A DNA stretch of 51,162 nt from a virus (lineage: Duplodnaviria > Caudoviricetes), in the IMG/VR virus record IMGVR_UViG_3300031566_000056, positions 1-51,162 of that record. One strand, 5' to 3'. Under the pieces are notes generated by a model that worked only from the letters and a program-made list of their open reading frames with translations, was not told the DNA's origin and made no database searches. Made by a program: the position numbers and the translations under genes. Positions 45,472 through 51,162 of this stretch are shown here, piece by piece (the first letter of the stretch is position 1; each line of letters begins with the position of its first letter).

Positions 45472-46055
45472 TTTTTAAAAGCCCCAAGCTTTGCATATTT
45501 TGCAACGTCCAGAATTTCAAAGTCTAATTTTCCGGTGTATTCCATATCCCACAAAAACCAAGCAGTCGCCATGGCCCCAACATGAAAAAGTCCGTCATCC
45601 CGGTATGGTGTTTGATAGTCAACATAGCGCGAAAAAGGATAAATCCCTTTTAAATTATTCCAGATTCCTTTTTCTAATCTTGATTGAGTTCCGAAATAAT
45701 TAAGCCTACCTATGAACATGAATTTATTACAGTGTGTTTTTGCTTTCAATACAAATTCATCCCAAAGGCTAAAAGGTGGGTTTGTTATAATTTGATTATA
45801 ATCAATAAAAAATTCATCTTTTAAATAATCTTTTCCGTCAAAAGCAAACAAATCATTATAGTCAACAGTCATATTAATACGTTCTAAGGCTTCGACTATT
45901 GGAGTATATTTTTGCCCAGCGCAAGGCTCTAAAATTTGAATTAGAAATTCATCTTTAATTATATCCTCAGCAACCCACACTAAGCTTTTCGGTGTATGGT
46001 ATAAATCACCCTGCCTTTGTCCTGATTTATGGGCGTACGCTTTTCCTTTTTTCAC
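45468..46055 (-). CDS. Amino-methyltransferase-like protein
   Basis: DLYHTP, ILEPCAG, IITNPPF. Confidence 0.8.
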   Translation of the reverse strand: MKKGKAYAHKSGQRQGDLYHTPKSLVWVAEDIIKDEFLIQILEPCAGQKYTPIVEALERINMTVDYNDLFAFDGKDYLKDEFFIDYNQIITNPPFSLWDEFVLKAKTHCNKFMFIGRLNYFGTQSRLEKGIWNNLKGIYPFSRYVDYQTPYRDDGLFHVGAMATAWFLWDMEYTGKLDFEILDVAKYAKLGAFKK

Positions 46056-46064
46056 AAATTACTC

Positions 46065-46163
46065 CTATAAATTACAGATTATAACCACCACAGCGGCTAT
46101 TAGCGCTATGGCATAAAGACTTAAAATATAAATTAGTAGCTCTTTTGGTAGTTTAGATTTCAT
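46065..46163 (-). CDS. 32-aa hydrophobic micro-protein (MKSKLPKELLIYILSLYAIALIAAVVVIICNL)
   Basis: Manual translation; fills gap between methyltransferase genes. Confidence 0.5.
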   Translation of the reverse strand: MKSKLPKELLIYILSLYAIALIAAVVVIICNL

Positions 46164-46716
46164 TTCCCCAGGCCTCCCAGCCTTCTTTTCTATCCCTGGC
46201 AAATAATTCTATTCTTGGTAAGTCACCAATCAATTTGACTATTCTATCGGCAACCTCTGGCGGTTTTTGACTATGGCCCATTTTTGGGGCTTCTATTATT
46301 TTTCTTACTCCGGTATTAGCTCGCTGATATTTTCCGACACGGCCCAACAAAACATATTCAGTGTTATTATTTGTATAACAGCCAATGCCATCGTGACGGA
46401 TGCCCGAATAATCATTTTTGACCTTTACCCAGTCAAAAACAATTGTAACAAATTTAAAACCCCAGGATTTTAAAACTTCAATGCCCCAATCCATTTTTGG
46501 GCCAGTACACCACAAAAAGAGAAAACAGGATTCACGGTCAATTAAGTCAGCAACAGGCAAGGATTTTATACCTTCCAGGCTCATTACTGCATAATGCTTT
46601 GATGCACCGCCCGCTCCGCTTGGATTATTTTTGACCTTATAGTTTCGCGAATCGCCGTATTTCCAAGGAGGATCTGCATATATTATGTTGAATTTTCCTT
46701 GTGGGAAATTAGACAT
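46153..46716 (-). CDS. MT-A70 family adenine methyltransferase
   Basis: IIYADPPW, LFLW, WGF, NTEYVLLG, HSQKP, IELFAR, GW.AWGNE. Confidence 0.93.
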   Translation of the reverse strand: MSNFPQGKFNIIYADPPWKYGDSRNYKVKNNPSGAGGASKHYAVMSLEGIKSLPVADLIDRESCFLFLWCTGPKMDWGIEVLKSWGFKFVTIVFDWVKVKNDYSGIRHDGIGCYTNNNTEYVLLGRVGKYQRANTGVRKIIEAPKMGHSQKPPEVADRIVKLIGDLPRIELFARDRKEGWEAWGNEI

Positions 46717-46897
46717 TCATAGCCCCTTCAATCTCTTTAACTCGTGAATTTAACTCAGAAATAGCCTCTTCTTTTGAGTCACAAAAAATGAAAAATACGG
46801 GCTTTTCGTTTGAAAATTCCCTGTAAGTCCATTCGCCGTTAATCTCTGCAATGTCCATTCTTATGTTCTCTGATTTAATTTCATAATTAGTTTTCAT
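46709..46897 (-). CDS. Hypothetical protein
   Basis: ATG 46897 after AGGGAG. Confidence 0.65.
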   Translation of the reverse strand: MKTNYEIKSENIRMDIAEINGEWTYREFSNEKPVFFIFCDSKEEAISELNSRVKEIEGAMNV

Positions 46898-46989
46898 ATA
46901 ATCTCCCTTAATCATATATATAAGTTAATATTTATATTTCAGAAAGTCAAGAAAATTCTTCCATTGATTTAAAACTATTATTATTTTTA

Positions 46990-47223
46990 TTATAGATAAT
47001 TTATCCCATAGGTCTTTTTTTTAAAGGCCGCTGAATTATGTAATATTTTACCATCATTATAAAAATAACGGTCTTTTTTATCGATCAAAGTCCACCTACA
47101 CTCAGGATTTTCGAATTCCCAAGTATACTCACGCTCTATTTTAATAAGCCCTGAGTCTATCATTTGCTGGTTGCTGTCATAGTCTTTTTCTGGCGTTAAA
47201 ATGTTAATAAATGTTTGTTTCAT
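46990..47223 (-). CDS. Hypothetical protein
   Basis: ATGA-coupled to upstream micro-ORF. Confidence 0.6.
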   Translation of the reverse strand: MKQTFINILTPEKDYDSNQQMIDSGLIKIEREYTWEFENPECRWTLIDKKDRYFYNDGKILHNSAAFKKKTYGINYL

Positions 47224-47384
47224 AAATACCCTTTTGGATTAAAGTCAACATAATTATCCCATTCTTTTTTGGTATAGATTTTATCTTTATAAGAATGAGC
47301 TTTGCATTTAACACAATAAAAATGTCTAAAATGACCCAACCTTTGAGTCAGGTCCTTTATATATTTTTTGTGGCAATTAAGCAT
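47220..47384 (-). CDS. 54-aa Cys/His protein (MLNCHKKY...YCVKCKAH...)
   Basis: Manual translation; overlaps neighbours on both sides. Confidence 0.6.
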   Translation of the reverse strand: MLNCHKKYIKDLTQRLGHFRHFYCVKCKAHSYKDKIYTKKEWDNYVDFNPKGYL

Positions 47385-47544
47385 CAAATCCCGCTTTCTT
47401 TAATGCTGTTTTTAATGTTTTACATTCGCAACGTGTAAAAGTTAACCATTCATGGCCATGAACCGAGCAAATTTTAAGCCGAAAGCATATTCTGCTTGAA
47501 TTGTTTCCTGTATTCACTTTCATTTCCTTAATAATTTCATTCAT
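47377..47544 (-). CDS. 55-aa protein (MNEIIKEMKVNTGNNSS...KTALKKAGFDA) containing a 46-bp piece of the tail gene
   Basis: Manual translation; TAAGGAG RBS. Confidence 0.6.
   Translation of the reverse strand: MNEIIKEMKVNTGNNSSRICFRLKICSVHGHEWLTFTRCECKTLKTALKKAGFDA
47447..47492. repeat. 46-bp exact direct repeat, copy 2
   Basis: Identical to 29090-29135. Confidence 0.95.
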
Positions 47545-47558
47545 ATCAATCTCCTTAT

Positions 47559-47585
47559 CTATTTAAAGCCGGATTGCTCCGGCCT
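47559..47585 (-). repeat. 27-bp hairpin element, copy 2
   Basis: Reverse complement of 31573-31599. Confidence 0.88.
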
Positions 47586-47590
47586 TGTTG

Positions 47591-47779
47591 TTATTTCCAA
47601 TTATCAAAGCAATAATCTATGAAATCGTCATTCATCTCTGCGTTCAAACAATTATATTCAAATTCATAATTATCAATACATGTTTCATAATCTTGAGCAA
47701 AATTGTCCAAATTAAATCCCATTTCCTGTAATCGACCATATAGTCGTTCTTTTGTTGTATTCATGTTAATTTCATTCAT
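47591..47779 (-). CDS. 62-aa acidic hypothetical protein
   Basis: ATG 47779 after TAAGGAG and strong promoter. Confidence 0.75.
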   Translation of the reverse strand: MNEINMNTTKERLYGRLQEMGFNLDNFAQDYETCIDNYEFEYNCLNAEMNDDFIDYCFDNWK

Positions 47780-47782
47780 ATC

Positions 47783-47846
47783 AATCTCCTTATAAACTCT
47801 TGATATATTAAATATAAACAATTATTGATAAAATGTCAAGCTTTTT
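47783..47846 (-). promoter_or_regulatory. 64-bp promoter+RBS element, copy 2
   Basis: 62/64 identical to 31142-31205, inverted. Confidence 0.9.
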
Positions 47847-47850
47847 GTGA

Positions 47851-48645
47851 TTATATTTTAAAAATTTTTCCACGCCGCCGAACCCTGCGATATCTTGTAG
47901 GCCTGGCTGGCTTCTTAGGCTCCTGGCTGCACTCTTTTTGCTCTACCGGAAGCTCCGCCTGAATTTCGTACCAAAGCTTCATGGCGCGCTCACAAACCCC
48001 ATGTGGCTCCATATTATTAAGTACAGCGCGGCGTAATTCGGACTTAATATGAATAAAACAGGTTAAATCATTAATGTTTTTCCAATCTGTATCTACCGCA
48101 TTATATATTTGAGTAGGGACCGGTAATAATTGAGCCTCAACTGGGATATTATTGATCAAATATCCAAATGCAGCTTGATTCATCCCTAGGTATTTAGCGC
48201 GCCATTGAGCATGTAATTGTTTATCGTTATAATACATTTTATTATTAACCGAGAGCCAGGATTTAAAAAAATCGAGACTTCGTTGGTTATTTCTGACAAA
48301 CAACATACCGCCATTCATTGGTGGAGATTTCAGGCCGGTCGATGTGTAGGCAACATCAAATTCTTGGTCAAAAACCCCAAGCGGATTACCCGAACAGATC
48401 ATATCACAATCTGAAAATATTATATCATCTGTCTCAGATCCCAAGAAATCCACCCATGCCTTAAGCTTAATCGTGTTACACGTAAAATTAAGAGGAGTAT
48501 TGTCAACTTTTCGCGGCATCTCAAGTCGTAGAATTCTAATATCAATTTCGGGTATGTATTTTTTAACGCTTTGAACGAAAACATTAAGTAAGCGTTTATA
48601 ATTTTTATTACTTTTAAAATCAAATTGAGCTGTGCATAGTATCAT
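47851..48645 (-). CDS. GT-A glycosyltransferase, paralogue 1
   Basis: KLKAW, SDCD (DxD), FDVA, MNGGMLF, GMNQAAFGYL; Arg-rich C-terminal tail. Confidence 0.82.
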   Translation of the reverse strand: MILCTAQFDFKSNKNYKRLLNVFVQSVKKYIPEIDIRILRLEMPRKVDNTPLNFTCNTIKLKAWVDFLGSETDDIIFSDCDMICSGNPLGVFDQEFDVAYTSTGLKSPPMNGGMLFVRNNQRSLDFFKSWLSVNNKMYYNDKQLHAQWRAKYLGMNQAAFGYLINNIPVEAQLLPVPTQIYNAVDTDWKNINDLTCFIHIKSELRRAVLNNMEPHGVCERAMKLWYEIQAELPVEQKECSQEPKKPARPTRYRRVRRRGKIFKI

Positions 48646-48655
48646 CTTACTAACC

Positions 48656-49969
48656 TCATAACCCTCTTCTCCTTTTCATTTGAGCCTGGAAATCGTCATC
48701 AAATAACGCGTTCGGTTGATAATAAGTAAGTAATAACGCATCCGCTTTGTCTGGGGACCTTCCAAGCCTTTCTTTGTATTTGTCTTTAGATTCAATCTTT
48801 TTTTGTCCGGCCTTTGTGTAGTCATATTGGCGACCTGTCAGTTCCATGTTTAGAACCGGATCGTTCGGAATGTCTGCCTCATCAACCGGAAATTCAAACC
48901 ATTGCTCATCTGCCGCAGTATCATATTTATCGGGATTCGATGGCCTGTGATTATTACATATCCCGAACACTTTGGCTCCCCACGATCTTAACATATCAGT
49001 TACACCACCACCGACACCAGAATCATCAACGTTGATCGCAATCGAAGGATCTTTATTGGCCATATCCCATATCTCGTTTGATGTTCTGACAAGATCCTGG
49101 CCTGCAAAGCTTCGCTCGTCTATGATTTTTAGACCGTGCCGTTTATAGATAACTGTTCTATCATCTCCGAACCTGGCGACATCGCAACCTATAGCTATTT
49201 TTCCAACAGGATCAATAATCCGATTCATAGCGCCACGCACGCGCACGCGAGACATGACGGCCTTTTGGCCTTGCTTTCTAGGCAGACCACCCCAAACGTG
49301 TTCGGCCTCATCCGGGTCTAACTTATAATGAGCTTCCATTTCTTCTTGCAGTCTTGAGGTCCACCATGGGTTATCGGTAGGTCCTGGCTCAAGCCAAACT
49401 CTAAGTACATCCTTCCTGTCTGAATTCCAAAGCCTGATATCAACTGGATCAAAATCGGTCTCTTGATTATAGACAGCCCATAACTCCGAGCCTTCTTTTC
49501 TTAACGTAGGAAGTAGCATCATCCATGACTCGTTAGATATAGGCGCGGCTTCTTCGATCGCGAATATATCAAAATCCTCAAGGGATTTTACTTGTCCAGC
49601 CGCGCGGATATCTTTTAGCCCGCGGAATATAATCTTAGATCCAGTCGGCGATTCAAGCCGCTGGTCTGTTATTTTCCAGCCCGGATATCTTAACCGTCCG
49701 ACCATATTCACCAATAATTGATAAGAGGATTCTTCAATGGATTTCTGAATCTCTCTGAAACTGCCTATTCTTATACAATCATAATTCGCGCGCTGAATTA
49801 ACAAAGATGCCATACCCCAGGACTTAGCTCCTGCTCCACGGCCACCTTTTGCAAGCTTGATAGACCAAGGCTCCCGAAATCGCTCCATTTTTGGGGATAC
49901 GCGCTCAAGGTCATCTTGCATTAATAATTCGCTTAAGAGTTCTTTTTCAGAATTCGTAAATCTCGCCAT
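48656..49969 (-). CDS. terL: Terminase large subunit (PBSX-like ATPase domain)
   Basis: GGRGAGAKSW, FREIQKSIEES, IEEA, GCDVARFGDD, SPDKADA. Confidence 0.95.
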   Translation of the reverse strand: MARFTNSEKELLSELLMQDDLERVSPKMERFREPWSIKLAKGGRGAGAKSWGMASLLIQRANYDCIRIGSFREIQKSIEESSYQLLVNMVGRLRYPGWKITDQRLESPTGSKIIFRGLKDIRAAGQVKSLEDFDIFAIEEAAPISNESWMMLLPTLRKEGSELWAVYNQETDFDPVDIRLWNSDRKDVLRVWLEPGPTDNPWWTSRLQEEMEAHYKLDPDEAEHVWGGLPRKQGQKAVMSRVRVRGAMNRIIDPVGKIAIGCDVARFGDDRTVIYKRHGLKIIDERSFAGQDLVRTSNEIWDMANKDPSIAINVDDSGVGGGVTDMLRSWGAKVFGICNNHRPSNPDKYDTAADEQWFEFPVDEADIPNDPVLNMELTGRQYDYTKAGQKKIESKDKYKERLGRSPDKADALLLTYYQPNALFDDDFQAQMKRRRGL

Positions 49970-50648
49970 TAAGTTTTATCTCCGGGGTTTTGTTATATTT
50001 AATACATAACGACCTATATCTCTTAACGAGTGTAAATATTATTTCTGTCTCATCTTCTTTGTTGCTGCAAAATAGCCTATTATTGCCAAGGCTCCAAACG
50101 TCTCCATTTATTGTTGTAGCTTGATTGTCATCAAATGAGCCAACTGGAATATTTTCCACAATGGCAATATCCTCTACAGGTATCTCAATTTCTTTTTCCA
50201 GTAACCTGAAAGACTCCTTAGTCTCATTGTCAAAATCCTCGACCCACTCGGAAAGCGCCTCAAGATCAACATCTCCATACTGACTTGTAATAGCCGTCAA
50301 TTTCTCACGCGCTTCAATCTCAGTCTTAGCAAAAACATAAGCGATAGGGAAAAACCCAGGGATAGGAATTCCAGCCTCGCGGATCTCACAAAGAACCTCC
50401 GAGCGCCCGTGACCATCCATAAAATAATAATCGCCTTCGTGGGACCAAACAAAAAAAGGCGCACAAAACCCAGATTTAAATATCTGGGTCGCCAGCTTTA
50501 TTTTATTTTCCGTGGTTCTTGATTTTAAATCACCCTGAAAATCAAGTATAACATCAAGAGGAAGAGAGTCTTTAGCTTCACACTCAATTCTGACATCTCC
50601 ATAGCGCTTATGAAGCTCTATATATTTTGATTTTAGTTTTTGGTTCAT
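49947..50648 (-). CDS. ParB-like N-terminal domain protein with methyltransferase remnant
   Basis: GF.AP..VW..MDGHGR; then GDVWSLGNNRLFC with no catalytic domain. Confidence 0.7.
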   Translation of the reverse strand: MNQKLKSKYIELHKRYGDVRIECEAKDSLPLDVILDFQGDLKSRTTENKIKLATQIFKSGFCAPFFVWSHEGDYYFMDGHGRSEVLCEIREAGIPIPGFFPIAYVFAKTEIEAREKLTAITSQYGDVDLEALSEWVEDFDNETKESFRLLEKEIEIPVEDIAIVENIPVGSFDDNQATTINGDVWSLGNNRLFCSNKEDETEIIFTLVKRYRSLCIKYNKTPEIKLNGEIYEF

Positions 50649-50827
50649 ATTATTCGACTAACAGGAAGGCAAATGTTATACCTACACTCTTCAGCCGTTC
50701 TTCCGCTGTCCATGCCAATACATATAACCTTATACCATGGGACCGGAGGAACCTTTTCAAGCGCACCTTTTCCGTTTACTTGCAAATAACTTTGTCCGGC
50801 AATTATTTTCAATTCTATAGCCTTCAT
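50645..50827 (-). CDS. Hypothetical protein
   Basis: AAGGAG RBS; ATGA overlap downstream. Confidence 0.6.
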   Translation of the reverse strand: MKAIELKIIAGQSYLQVNGKGALEKVPPVPWYKVICIGMDSGRTAEECRYNICLPVSRII

Positions 50828-50828
50828 T

Positions 50829-51162
50829 CTATTCTCCTTTTACCTCTTCAACGAATATTTTATCAAAAGAATAACCGTCTATAGTGAAAAAACCGCTTCT
50901 ATCTTTTTCTACTCCCTTCCCTTCATACCAAAGCATACTCGTAGTGAACATGATTTTGTCATCTTTGGGATGGTAAAAAAACCCGTCGTCAGGGTCTTTT
51001 TTATAGCCTTCTTTTTTTAGAGCCTCAACAAGATCGTAAAAACATTTGACCCTGTATTTTGGTTCTATTAATTCGGCGTATTCCCAAGAACAGAACATTC
51101 CTGTATTTTCTCTTGTCCCACCGCCATCAAAACATATAAAAGGCCGGACAAGCGAATGGTCA
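50829..51162 (-). CDS. 3' part of junction-spanning hypothetical protein (starts at 307)
   Basis: Open frame to window end, continuous with 1..307. Confidence 0.8.
   Translation of the reverse strand, partial: DHSLVRPFICFDGGGTRENTGMFCSWEYAELIEPKYRVKCFYDLVEALKKEGYKKDPDDGFFYHPKDDKIMFTTSMLWYEGKGVEKDRSGFFTIDGYSFDKIFVEEVKGE
50966..51162. repeat. Terminal direct repeat / circular assembly overlap, copy 2
   Basis: 196/197 identical to 1-197. Confidence 0.97.

Noticed and set aside
49947-50648. Plasmid-prophage partition system
   Set aside because: No ParA or parS array seen; domain context is the terminase-linked ParB-MTase type.
1-51162. Host assignment (impression of a spirochaete-like diderm)
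   Set aside because: Only indirect hints (spanin-like pair, lipoprotein); cannot be supported without homology or spacer searches.

Overview
This window is an apparently complete, circularly permuted, AT-rich tailed-phage genome (siphovirus-like, long tape-measure gene). Bases 1-197 repeat at 50966-51162 with one mismatch, and one gene runs across the junction, so the unit length is about 50,965 bp. The + strand arm (2.3-18.2 kb) carries small early genes, a TOPRIM primase-helicase, a C39-like peptidase, an SF2 helicase, tRNA-Ser(UGA), a VRR-NUC-like nuclease, a fused SbcD-SbcC (Mre11-Rad50-type) nuclease and SSB. The - strand arm carries a putative terS, a ParB-like gene, terL, portal, head, neck, tail and lysis genes. 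A divergent non-coding, repeat-rich region at 1630-2300 looks like the replication origin. I recognised no integrase, repressor, DNA polymerase, CRISPR array or reverse transcriptase. Most notable: (1) a glycan-modification set (three paralogous glycosyltransferases, a sulfotransferase, an O-methyltransferase and a nucleotide-sugar dehydrogenase) interleaved with terL, portal and head genes; (2) an exact 46-bp copy of the 5' end of the major tail gene inside an unrelated early micro-ORF, in a different frame; (3) two accessory cassettes built on near-identical promoter and hairpin parts but holding different genes; (4) a ~1.2-kb chromosome-like insert (TauE plus a deaminase fragment) that truncates phage genes on both sides; (5) a fully overlapped spanin-like gene pair. 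All family calls come from motif recognition by eye, not database searches.
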